From Octopus vulgaris (Eukaryota): 64,000 nt of DNA. The DNA lies in contig OX597821.1 of the NCBI GenBank assembly GCA_951406725.2, forward strand, positions 105,772,001 to 105,836,000. The letters run 5' to 3'. The notes under the pieces are model-generated. The model ran no database searches. It was not told the DNA's origin and worked only from the letters and a program-made list of their open reading frames with translations. The translations under genes and the position numbers were made by a program. Of this stretch, positions 1 to 12,541 are shown piece by piece (positions within the stretch are counted from its first letter, which is position 1; every line of letters begins with the position of its first letter).

Positions 1-97
1 TCCTTGGAAAAAATTTTAATTACATAAAAAATTTCCTGCATTTTGAAAAAATTTTAAAGGATGAAAGGATATAAGAAGGTATAAAAATAACCCTTAT

Positions 98-128
<31 letters not shown>

Positions 129-208
129 GAGAGAGAGATAGATAGATGGATATGCATATATATATTATAAGTATAATATATCTATATTACAATATGTATA
201 TATATATA

Positions 209-578
209 CATGGTTCCGGGTTCAGTCCCACTGCGTGGCATCTTGGGCAAGTGTCTTCTGCTATAGCCCCGGGCCGACCAATGCCTTGTGAGTGGATTTG
301 GTAGACGGAAACTGAAAGAAGCCTGTCGTATATATGTATATATATATAAGCGTGTGTGTATATGTTTGTGTGTCTGTGTTTGTCCCCCTAGCATTGCTTG
401 ACAACCGATGCTGGTGTGTTTACGTCCCCGTCACTTAGCGGTTCGGCAAAAGAGACCGATAGAATAAGTACTGGGCTTACAAAGAATAAGTCCCGGGGTC
501 GATTTGCTCGACTAAAGGTGGTGCTCCAGCATGGCCGCAGTCAAATGACTGAAACAAGTAAAAGAGTAAAAGAGAGAG
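209..578 (+). mobile_element. SINE family A (tRNA-derived, CORE-like), 5'-truncated copy
   Basis: B-box-like GGTTCAGTCCC, CORE-like CTTGGGCAAGT, internal (TA/TG)n, tail GGTGGTGCTCCAGCATGGCCGCAGTCAAATGACTGAAAC. Matches other copies in the window. Confidence 0.9.
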
Positions 579-625
<47 letters not shown>

Positions 626-1611
626 GTTATTATTATAAAATGTAATTACAAATAAGAAGAAATACGATGCCCTATTGTATTATATTTTACCATGATTAAC
701 TGTAGAGAGATGTTACTTACCCTCGACATATCATAGAATGTTACACCAGTATATACGAGGGTAAATAGATATACAAAATACAAAATAATATAATATAATA
801 TAATATAAAAAAATAAGCAAAAATACACCACAAGATAAGATGAGGACATTTCAACAATGTAATTAAAAATGTTTAAAAATGGACATAAATTTAATTTTAA
901 TTTCACTGTAGAAGCCATAAAATACACACTGGATATAAAGAGAGATAAAGAATAAAAAATGAAATAAAAAAATTTACAAAAAAAATACTAAAACATTATA
1001 ACAAATAAATAATAAGTATATGTCGAATTATTCTTAACAAAGCAAATTAAAAATAAATAATATACGATGATTATACCATCGCATGCGGTTTCTTAAAATA
1101 AGATATAATATTACAGGCACTGATGTATGCAGAATCATATAGATCGCAGGGGCTATAAAGTATACCTAATTGAGGTGTACGGTCTGATAATTCATTATAA
1201 ATATACCTATTATGATTGATAGGGCTGAAAGTCTTGAAATTCAAGGGGAAAACTGTTTTATCACTATATAGGATGAATGCAGAATAAACTGGCAGTGGTT
1301 ATAAAATGGAAATATATATATGATATATAATTTACTAAACTAGAGAGTGTTATGAAAGATACGACACATATGTGATCACATAATTAATGGATATAGAATA
1401 TATATTTATTAAGTTAATCAATGGACGTGGCAGTAGTGATGAAATATTTCTAATAGCTCAACAGAAGAGTTACTAACTTCTCTCATAACCCTATTCACCG
1501 TGTGTAGAATGAACAATATACACGAATGAATTGCTGTTCATAAGAAGTGTTTTGTGTCTATTACTTTCAGAAACGTATATGTAGTTTGTTCCTTCTCGAG
1601 ACAAACCTCAA

Positions 1612-1884
1612 TCATAAGGGCCGGTTTCCCGGTTTCCTTGGCGTATAGATTCCCCGTCTGGATGGGACGCCGTTTCGTCGCAGGTGAGCTGTAAGATGCA
1701 GGAGAAAAGATGAGAGAAAGTTGTGTCGAAAGAGTCAGCAGAAGTTTACCATTACCTTCTGCCGGGGCCGGGTGGAGCTTAGGTGTTTTGCTCATAAACA
1801 CACACATCGTTCGGTCTGAGATACAAACCCGTGATCCCTCGACCGGGAGTTCGCTGCTCTAACTACTAGGCCTTGTGCCTCCAC
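1612..1884 (-). mobile_element. SINE family C (tRNA-derived head)
   Basis: Minus strand begins GTGGAGGCACAAGGCCTAGTAGTTAGAGCAGCG (A-box-like). Homologous to 19621-19922 and 31612-31931. Confidence 0.85.
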
Positions 1885-2734
1885 TACAAACGTATATACG
1901 CAAATAAATTTAAAGGGCAACGCTATTAAAATCGTAATAGGCTTGATAGTTGGACTTAATATGTGTATAGTTTATTTGTTAATGCTTTTCAAGTGTAAAA
2001 ATTGCGAGTGTTATATTGACAGTTGAATGCACAACCAAATTGTGTTTGTTTTGCAAGATTATATGTGAAATCTGAGTTGCTGAATAGTTTACTGCTGGAA
2101 CCAAGTCTATGTTCTGTCATTCAATAATGATATTCAATTTACTTTCTTATATTCTGCCATAATTATGATCTGTAATTCAAAATATCTGAAACATTTACCA
2201 AAGCCTAACAAGCATTTCTTAAAAGTCACAGTTCTTGATGGCATCACAAGAAAAAATTCAATCCCTTAGTTTTCTACTACGCGAATATACATGACTTTTC
2301 GATATACACGGGGGGCATAATAAATATAATGAACATAAAGAAATGCTAGACACTAAGAGGGTAGCCTGAATTTCGCATACAAGTTTGTCAGTATGGAAAT
2401 TAATGTTGGTGAAGTTGCACTTGTTTTGATACACGGCCATCCTTATTCAAATAGCATGTGATATTGATTTAAAATGTTTTATCTGCGTTCTCTTTTGATT
2501 TACAGATTACAGAATTTCCTACATTAGCATATCAAAAATATCATTTTAATTTCAATAAAATCGTACTTAGCAAATTACAATATTTCCAATATTTTTTAGG
2601 TATTTGAAAAGGAAATGTGTGACAAAAAGAGTTGCGCTTGTAATTTAATTCAATATAGGCTTAATTAACCATGTAAGTTTGTATATATGTTCATACATGT
2701 ATATAGCTCTCTCTCTCTCTCTCTCTCTACATCC

Positions 2735-2782
<48 letters not shown>

Positions 2783-5013
2783 TAAAGGCAGATGCCACAT
2801 CGAAGTCGCTATTGAATATTACTACTAGTTTAACCCCAGGTAGATTCTCCCCCTCTGGTTATCGGTGCAACACTCTGCATCCTTTGTATAAAATATATTG
2901 ATATATCGTTAGCAGGGGGCGGGGCTAACTCCTACTATCCTAGAGTCGCTAAAAGTATCGCGAGACTGACTCACATTCGAACTATTTGGCCAAATTTGAA
3001 CTGGCGACTGGCTTTACTGTTTAGCAAACGTTACTACTGAATCTCTTCTTAAGATTTTTAAGCTAGCTACTTTGCTTACATATATAGTTAATTTTTGTTA
3101 AAATCGTATATATAGTTTATTTTCTGTTAAGAACATAATACAGTGTAAAGCTCGTCCACCTTCAGACTTCACTCGGTGCTATCCAGCATTAGTATTATAT
3201 GTACTGCCAGATTTGCGTTGACTCCAACTTGTTCAACTTATTCAGGTAAATATATATATATAATATAACATAATATAATATAACATAATATAATATAATA
3301 TAATATAATATAACATAATATAATATACTTACATTTCTCCTTGAAATGCATATAATTCCTTGTTGACTGACTCTGAAAAGGGCAAATTTACAATAGCCCC
3401 AAAATTTCACATGTATGACATCTAGAATAATTTTTTACCGTTGTTTAACTAAATTTACCACTAAATACACTAGATTACTTCTCTGAGCCGACAGTTGTAT
3501 TAATTATGCAAATTTTCCATATCTATAAAACGTCACAAGATAGTTCTTTGTCTCTGTATTTGGTATTTGGTTGAAATAAATGTAGAGAAATGTGCAGAAG
3601 TAAAAATACATTTATAGAGCTTTTCACTTGACTGTTACAGAAGAATTTTCCTCCATATTATCCTGTTTATTCCAGAGAGATTTTCTTTAAGTTCAGATCT
3701 CTTTCTAAGAGAAAGCAGCTTAAAATTGCTTCTAAATAATCCTTTACTTATTTAGAATGCGAAGAGAAAAATAATGCATATTTTATTACTTTGATAATTC
3801 TTTAAATACAATACGGGTTTGAATATATCATTGTATCTTGATTAATAGGAAAATATAAATACTTATGAGAACCCGTTTTAAAGGCGAATAACAGAGCAAG
3901 TAATGGAGTCATTAGATTAGCTCCCATGCCGTTCAGATTGATCTGTATGCAAAACGTCTCTATCGCTTCTCTTTCATTTGCTCAATATGTAACTAAGTAA
4001 AAGGAAAAAAGAATAACTAAATAACTGCTTTTAATTGTAATATATTACTATCTACCATAACTGACAAGCTTCGTAAATTTTTTAATTGAGTTTAAGTTGC
4101 CTAACGATTTTCAAATGCGGTATAATACATGATTACATTTATTTAGAAATTGTAAAGGTTTTTGTTGTGATTTAAGGGAAGACATTAAATATGTATATTC
4201 AGTGCGTCTTCGTCCTTCCTCAAACTCCTAATCCTGCTGAGTTTGATCAAAAATTGATAATCTCCCTTGCAATAACTGGCTACCAAGACACGCAACGTGT
4301 AAGACCTGATTTACTAAAAGAAATAAACATACGACCTTTAATGTAAAACAATAATTAAGAAAAATAGTGTTTTAATATAATGAACAAAATATTCAATTTC
4401 AGTGTGTTGTTTAATTTAATATAACACTGATGTACTTGAATGTTATGAATAATAGTCCACAGTTTGAGTTTTTACCCATTGAGAATTTACTTAATTTGTA
4501 GTATCAAAAATGTAATGGGTTGCCAAAATCAGTGAATGTTTTATTGTAAATATTTTAAATTGAACGGGGAAGAACATGTATTTGCTTATTTACTGAGAAC
4601 ACTAAACCGCAGCATAGAATTATTTATCTAAAATGGATTATATAGAAATCATTAATGAAAAATATTTAATCAAATTTGTATTCATTATCCACATGCAACA
4701 TAAAATTAAACATCAAATACAAAAGAATGTTATAACATACAATCAGATAATTTTTAGTATAAACTTGTTACAGTAATAAATTTCGTATTTTATATACGGG
4801 CAAAAATACATATTTCTGCGTACATACACGCGTACGTATAAATACATATGTACATAGACACGCATACGCAACTACACATAGGCAAGAGTTTCTACATTTA
4901 TAGAGATTTGATTCTTCAGTTACTGTCAGTTAATGCGCAGCAGTTCATAGTTATCATATATTCCAATCTTAAAAAATAGACCTTTTACATTTGCAAACTT
5001 AATGCTCAATGAA

Positions 5014-5049
<36 letters not shown>

Positions 5050-5052
<3 letters not shown>

Positions 5053-5541
5053 GTACCTCAACCTCTCCTCTTCCCGCCCTGATCACATCAAACATTCCAT
5101 CCCCTATTCCCAATTACTCCGTCTACGCAGGCTCTGTAGTGACGACGATGACTTTGAGACTCAGTCTCAACTCATCGCTCGCCACTTCATCCTACGTGGA
5201 TTTCCACTCACCATTACCTACACCACCCTTGCCAGAGCATCTTCCGTGCAGCGTGCATCTGCTCTCTCCCCCGCATACCTCCGCCATCTGCCGTCTCCCG
5301 TTTCCCCTGACCTACCATCCCAACACCCTTTCTCTCCAACGCACCTTCTACAAGCTTTTCGACCTCCACTTCACAAATCTTCCCTAATCGACTGCTCCCC
5401 TCCTTCAAACGAGCCCACAACATACGAGACCTCTTGGTTCACAGCATCTTCCCTAACCCAACCTCCTAACACGGCTAGTTACCCTGCTTCCGTCCACGCT
5501 TCCGCCCTTACCTCACCAACACGACCCTCCTCACCGGCGCA
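5050..5541 (+). mobile_element. Penelope-like element fragment (RT thumb and linker), degenerate
   Basis: Translates YLNLSSSRPDHIKHSIPYSQLLRLRRLCSDDDDF...LRGFP, then across frameshifts LPFPLTYHP and FKRAHNIRDLLVHS, all typical PLE motifs. Starts right after (TA)n. Confidence 0.85.
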
Positions 5542-5612
5542 CTCAACTAAAGGTGGTGCTCCAGCATGGCCGTAGTCAAATGACAGGAACAAATAAAAGA
5601 GTAAACAGAGAG
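5542..5612 (+). mobile_element. SINE family A 3' tail fragment fused to the Penelope fragment
   Basis: CTAAAGGTGGTGCTCCAGCATGGCCGTAGTCAAATGACAGGAAC matches the tail of 209-578. Confidence 0.8.
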
Positions 5613-5634
5613 TTATATATATATATACATATAT

Positions 5635-5751
5635 AAATCACGCGATCACGTGACCGACCAGTCCATTAGATGTAGTTACACATCGCTGGTCACAATGCGT
5701 TCGCATTGTTTTAGCCTTCGAATGACGCCATCCCGCTGGCTAAGCGAGCAG

Positions 5752-5755
<4 letters not shown>
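5635..5755. repeat. Short GC-richer insert between two (TA)n tracts, probably a retroelement 3' UTR fragment
   Basis: Composition contrasts with the flanks; contains the hairpin ACAATGCG-TT-CGCATTGT. Family not established. Confidence 0.4.
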
Positions 5756-5837
<82 letters not shown>

Positions 5838-5845
5838 TATATAAA

Positions 5846-7506
5846 CTTAGATATGTTTCGACCAATGATTGGTCCAGGCCATGTCTAACTCAATAGCACC
5901 ACCTGATAAGATTATTTGAATCCTGTTTAAGTCAAGTTTTGCTTATGGTCCATTCAAGTAGTGAATTTTTGTTCGGTGAGTTGTATCCAATTATGGGTGG
6001 CTTATCTGGTATTCCTTGAAGGAATCTATCTAGACTCCGTTTAAAGTTGATTGGATCCAGTTCCTCTTTGATCTCTTTCGGGACAATGTTAAATAGGGCA
6101 GGGCCTGTCAAGGAAAAGAAATTATGTTGTAGTGTACATGTATGCTATGATCTTGAATTGGGCAGTCTTGGATGAACCTTGAAGCTAATGTTTAGGTCGT
6201 TTGGGCAAAGTTGGCGGCATATTATCCACATCGTACAAATAATGTACCGCTCACGGCGACGCTGGAGAGAGTAGAGTTTCAAGGCTTTAAGGCGATCCAA
6301 TAATCGAGAGCAGCCATGCCTTCAATTCGCTTAGTGAGTGCCCTCTGGGGTGATTCAATCCTCGAGGTGTTTTGTCTTGTATGGGGAAACCACAGTGGGC
6401 AGCAGTATTCGAGGTGTGGCCGTACAAAGGAGGAGAAAAGTGGTATGATGACACCTTATTCTCTGGACCAGAAAGTTCTTAAAATCCAGGAACTCATCCT
6501 ACGAGCTATATCGACCTTCTTGTTGATGTGTGCACTCCCACTGAGATCGTCAACAATTATATCAGGTCTCTGATATTGTTAGAGGCTATGAGCGATTCCC
6601 CTGAAGGAAGAGAGTATGGCTGTTTTAGTGAGGAATTTCTTCCAAAATGCATCAGCTCAAATTTTCCCTCATTCAGTTGCATTTTGTTTCTGTCTGCCCA
6701 TTGACTCACAGCATATAGATCAGACTGGAGTTGAGTTCGGTCTGCTTTTTATTGAAGATTTGCTGGAGCTTAGTGTCATCAGCACATATTTTCACTTTGC
6801 AGTAATGTACGACACTGGAAAGGTCGTTTATGTAGATTATGAAGAGTAGCAGACCCAAGACAGTCCCCTGGGGGACACCGCTGGTGACTTTTGCTGGACT
6901 CCATCAACTACAACATGTTGTGTTCTATTCGCCAGGAAATACTTGATCCAGTGTAGAACTTTTCCGCGGATTCCAACATTTGCCAATTTTGAGAGTAGGA
7001 TATTATGGTCTACCCTGTCGAACGCTTTACTGAAGTCAAGATATATGACATCAGAGTTCGAACCTGTTCCCAAGGCTTCGAGTACATATTCAATGTGTTG
7101 TAAGAGCTGTGTTAGACAGTCCCTGCCATAGCGAAAACCATGCTGATTTGCATTTAGGAGTTTGTGGGTCTCCAAGAAGTCAGCTATCCTTGATCTTAAC
7201 ACTCTTTCAAACACTTTGATGATGTGGGAGGTGAGTGAGATTGGGCGATAGTTGAGTGCGAGGGATCTGTTTCCCTGTTTGAAAACCGGGATAACTGACT
7301 GGGATAGAAACTGTTTCGGTATATAACCTGCGTCTAACGAATTTCTCCAGAGGTTGGTCAGAGGGACTGTAAGTTTGTGTCTACATTCCTTCAGGAGACT
7401 AGCGGGGAATCTATCAGGGCCTACAGCAGAGTAGTATTTGACTTCATTTATTGCTGCTGTGATGTCAGTAGCAGTGAAGGTTATGTCTGAGATTTTATGA
7501 TGAGAG

Positions 7507-7509
<3 letters not shown>
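5846..7509 (-). mobile_element. CR1/L2-group (jockey-like) LINE, 5'-truncated, RT domain with frameshifts
   Basis: ORF 6837-7706(-): [42 protein letters not shown]. Then [18 protein letters not shown] (~6770-6790) and C-terminal FKRSLDRFLQGIPDKP. Flanked by (TA)n on both sides. Confidence 0.93.
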
Positions 7510-7564
<55 letters not shown>

Positions 7565-7571
7565 ATGTATA

Positions 7572-7607
<36 letters not shown>

Positions 7608-8983
7608 TGTATGTATGTATGTATATATGTATACATGTATAGAACATTTAATATATAAGGGATTAATAAAGGCAGAAGTCAACAATAATATCGTAAAAAC
7701 CACCAATTACTATTCAATATACCCTTCCATATCATACCAGCTTAAGCCTCGTATATTCTCGGCCTATTTTGAATGAAAAAGAAATTAGTCTAAAACATGC
7801 TGGTTAAGAATAGAATATTTGTTTAACTGAAACAACATATACAAAATACAGGTAGAATAAAATGCACTAAGACTTGTTAATCCAATATGTTTTTCGAAAG
7901 CATCCATATGTATCAAACAGACTACTTCTCCTTATAAAGCACTAAATATTTCATATCACATTACGTGTATATATGCAACAAATATATCCCAAATGAAGAT
8001 TAAAATTTAGTTATTGCTATGAAGATTTTCTTTTATCAAACCCTTAATTTATGATTCTAGATAAATGTGAGTATTAATGGCTTCATGATAACCTTGCAAA
8101 ATGTTTCATCCGTTTGGAAACTCGGTATACAATTCCGTAAAATAACGTTACTTCAAAGCAACACATTCTAATTAGTAAGGTGATTATTCCCAATGCATTA
8201 ATCATTTCTTGTGAACTCGGATATTAAAGAGAGTCTAGGATTGTTCTCTTTAATTTCTCTTCTTGACATGTAATACATTTATGACTGATTATAAGCATCA
8301 TATCAGCTTTATGTATTAGCAATATCCACGCTATCGGAAGCTGCATTTCTATTTCCTACAACTGCGTATTTTGCTATAATTCTATTAACGCCTTTATTAC
8401 TGCTGCTACTCGTATGATAGACACCTAACTTTTGTTTTCTGCTTGTAAAAGTTAGGCTTACTGAGAATAATCTTTCGTTATTCTCAACCGTAAAACTTTG
8501 CTTCAGATGTCTGATAGATATTAACCTATTCGTGCCGAGTGTTTTTTTGTTAGTGAAGGAAATTGCCTGAAAATTTTCAGATGCTTTTATTTTGACCAAG
8601 ATAACAACTGAAAACATGTCATTGAAATCCGCTTGATACAGATTCGCATATGCGTTAAGAACATATTTCATTCTTTGATACAGATCATACACAAATCACA
8701 ATTTGTATCAAGTATGTGTTTTATACCCTTATAAATTAAGTGTCAGTGTAAACGGACGATCGGCATGAATCAGTTAACTTAATCTTATTTCTAGAAGGAT
8801 ACGATATTTTCTTGATATTGTCGTGATTAAATGAACAACTGGATTCAGCAAGATATAGACTTAGACGTAAACAATAGCGAAACTTGTGATTGTCCATTAC
8901 CATTTCTTCAACGTTAATTGAATTTCCACTATCAAAATTGCATAACCACGGTAAGCGCGGCTATCTTGTGTTATGGGTTTCAT

Positions 8984-9059
8984 TGGATCAGCAGTATATA
9001 TACTTTTGATACGAAATAAACGTTTATTTCGTATAAAAAGTATATATACTGCTGATCCA
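8984..9059. repeat. 76-bp spacerless palindrome (1 mismatch)
   Basis: TGGATCAGCAGTATATATACTTTTGATACGAAATAAAC|GTTTATTTCGTATAAAAAGTATATATACTGCTGATCCA. Confidence 0.95.
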
Positions 9060-9689
9060 GTATCAGATATAATCAGAGACTATTGGGAAATTAGGAGCCG
9101 ATGACGTCTTTCGAACCGATTCCCCAGCTTCTCCGTGACAGTAAATTATTAAATATCATGGATGTAGACACTCCCTAGTTGCTGTCTACCTGTAGCTTTC
9201 CTGCAAATGAGGTACACTTGCTTCAACGGAATACAACAAGTGCGAACAAGTTTTAACTATCAAAAACAGTTGTAAATTCATTGCTTTCCCACGAATATTA
9301 AGTAGTTTTTCTACTCGATGCCAGCATCCTTTCACCCTTTTAATGATCCTACGACCTACATAGTGGCCCGCGTTATGCACATAAACCTCTACAAAATCAT
9401 GACGCTTATTGTCAAGGTGTGGGAAACAATGGCTTGAAGTTTGAAATAATTCAACTTCGTCCAAACACACTTGTAATGCGTTCACGCCTCCGTAGTACAC
9501 CAAATTATAACGTAACATTTATACACAAACGCACACGCATGCACGAACGCACACACACGCACGCACACACACACAGAGGCACAAATATACACATATGCGC
9601 AGTCCTGGGTGTGTGGTAAAAATCTTTCTTCCCAACAGTATGGCATCTGTTTTAGTCTCATAGATTTGTGAGTAGATGGAAAAGAGGGC

Positions 9690-10994
9690 GTTTTAAAAAT
9701 ATGTTAAATGGCTAAGCGAACACAAGATCCACCTCATTCAGTTGTATCTAGTGTTCTCGATGATTTCGGTCAGGATGTTGTCTCGAAACTAGGAAAAATG
9801 CACAGCGTTAAGAGAACTATAACAACTATAGGCCAACAAAACCTCACTGGACCGGCCCTACCATCAACTTGCAATGAAGCAGTTTTCCCACCTAAATTTA
9901 TTAAATCTTTAAAAGGTGATCAGTTTCTGCTTTATGTCACAGGACCCGTTGAAAAGTGTATTGCGATATTTACGACAAGGGGTAAGTCACAGTGTTCATC
10001 AATAAGCATTCGCTTTGTTATTTCACCAGTTATACAGCCTACACAGATTAAACGAGAAAGATTTGCTGCCGCTCGTGTTTGCGTTATTGCCGGACAAAAC
10101 AGGACATATATATATCGATTTTGCACAAGATAAATAATCTTGAGCCATCATGTGCGCCATTGTCAATAACGATCGATTGTGAGAAAGCAATGATAATAGT
10201 ATTTTTGAACGAATTTCCTAGTGCAGAACACAACGGTTACTTTTTCCACTTCAGCCAATATATCTTACGTGTAATTCAAAGTAATGGCTTAAAAAGAAAA
10301 TATGAAACAGACTCTAACTTTGCTTTCCTTGATGAAGCACAAAACATCATTGATTATTTCAAGGATTAATGGATTGTGAAGCCTAACCGAAGGAGTTCTC
10401 GATGACTTGCCCCAAACAAGTAAATCTGTCGAAGGATGGCATCGAACATTCAAAAACCGCGTTAGGTCTCATCACCCCAACGTCTAGAAATTTGTCAAAT
10501 TTCTACAAAAAGTACAAAGTCTAAGCGAGATTCGAATTCAGCAGTATATTGCTTGAATGGAACCAAAACCTCCAAAGAAGCGCTATCGAAATGCTGTAAA
10601 AGCTAATAAAAAGTCTTGTTCAAAATTTTGATCAACAAAATATTATTGATTCCGTTCATAGTATGCAACATTTCCTTTTAAGATTTGATAAGTCCTTTCA
10701 GTGAATAATATATTTTTCTTTTTTATGCATTTTGAATTAAAATAATCCTGATGATTTTATAAATAGTTAACAGCTAGTTATAAACCCAAAGAATTATAAA
10801 TTATGACAAAAATACGAATTCATCAAAGACTAACAACGTTTATGTTTTAGTTAGGTTGTATTTTAGATAATTTGTTTCAAGATTAAGACTGTTTTATACA
10901 AATTATTTCATACAAATACAAATTGTTTTACACAAATTGCATTCAGATAAATTGTATTTTAGACGAATTGTTTGAGACAAACTTGCCTAGACCC
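9690..10994 (+). mobile_element. Mutator-like (MULE) transposase remnant with right-end subterminal repeats
   Basis: Across frameshifts: KGDQFLLY..IAIFTT, PLVFALLPDKT, ITIDCEKAMI (DFE motif), GYFFHFSQ (CxFH-like), VEGWH..HHPNV. Right end has repeated (G)ACAAATTGT units ending CCTAGACCC. Confidence 0.8.
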
Positions 10995-11059
10995 AGATTA
11001 AATACTAGGCTTACAAAAAAAGATGACCTGGAGTCGACATGCTTGACTAAAGTCCTCCA

Positions 11060-11331
11060 ATGTTGATCACAATATAAGCTCCTTGTATTAGCTTGTAGAA
11101 TGTACAATAGTGTTATGTAATTTATAAAATAATATATTAGACTCTGAAATAAATTAGCTAGAAAGTAATCGCAATCTTATGGATATCAACACAGGAAGAT
11201 GGAAAGTGTCACTGAAGAGGTCACAGACGTGCTACGAAAGATTTCCAGACAATGAAGCACAGTTTCAATAAGAACAATAATAAACAAGTGAGGTACGAAT
11301 ATACAGAGCGTGTGTTTATTGTACACCCCCC
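11060..11331 (+). mobile_element. Probable Penelope pseudo-LTR fragment with hammerhead-like core
   Basis: TGGAAA-gtgtca-CTGAAGAG...GAAA-ga-TTTCCA at 11200-11247, followed by (TA)n. Boundaries approximate. Confidence 0.45.
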
Positions 11332-11405
11332 ACGCACATATATGTATATATATATATATGAGTGTGTGTGTGTGTGTGCGTGTGTGTATGTATGTATATA
11401 GCAGA

Positions 11406-11720
11406 GGCACGGCCGTGACTGTTTGCTAGGAAGATTGCTCCAGGTTCCGTCCACTGCGTGGAGTCTTCGGCAGCTGTCGTCTAGTGTAGCCTCGGACCCA
11501 CCATAATCTTGAGAATAGATTTGGTAGACGGAAACCCGTCGTATATATGTATATGTGTGTATATATATATGTGTGTGTGTTTTCTCTATGTTTGCCCTAC
11601 ACACGCTAAAAACATATGTTGGTGTGTTTACGTTCCTGTACCTTAGCGGTTCGGCAAAAATAGTACAATAGACTAAGTACTTGAGATTGAAATAATAAGA
11701 CCTGGGGCCGATAAATTCCA
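11406..11720 (+). mobile_element. SINE family A, diverged
   Basis: GATTTGGTAGACGGAAAC and CTTAGCGGTTCGGCAAAA blocks shared with other copies. Confidence 0.8.
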
Positions 11721-12361
11721 CTATGTATCTATATATGCACACACACACACAGAAACACACACACACTAAACACAGATATATATGAACACGCACATATAAA
11801 TATACATACCAAAATGAGTGCACATATGTTGGACAGAGAGGTGAATGTCAATATACAGAGAAACTGACTAACAATTAGGTAACTGTTTTCCTAAATCCAT
11901 AGATATAGACCTGTAGATACTATGCTAGCTATGTAAAAGGTAGGCAACAGGAATGGCCAAAATTTTTATGGGTTTTGAATTATTCTTACAGCGATGACAA
12001 TCATGTGAATGATACCACAGTTTGCATCGACGATAATTGTTTGCAGTACTAATTCTATCAGCGAAAACAGAGGAGATAAATTCAGTGACTATTCTAGGAA
12101 CAGCTGGCTTGCTGTGATTATATCATGTTACGTATTGTTGTGAACCACGTCTTGCAGAAACTAATAGTGTGTGATAGCTATTTCATCGTGTGTATCTGAA
12201 TGATATATAGAATTGTATTGTTGAGATGCAATAACGATTACCGCAGTCATCAGATTTTCATTATGTTCGTACAGATTAAGCAATATATTTGAGATTGCTA
12301 TCTCAGTCTCTCTCTCTCTCTCAATTTGTTTATCTTTCTAATAATATATGTGTGCATGAAG

Positions 12362-12409
<48 letters not shown>

Positions 12410-12489
12410 GTATCTTTATATATATATGCACATATATATACACACGTATAATATGCATATACGTACGAATGTTTGTATATATATATATG

Positions 12490-12541
<52 letters not shown>

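Noticed and set aside
2781-3248. Insert between (TA)n tracts as a Penelope pLTR
   Set aside because: Context is suggestive, but there is no intact hammerhead core, coding motif or second copy in the window.
8309-8692. 127-aa minus-strand ORF as a host exon
   Set aside because: No recognisable domain or convincing splice sites; length is compatible with chance.
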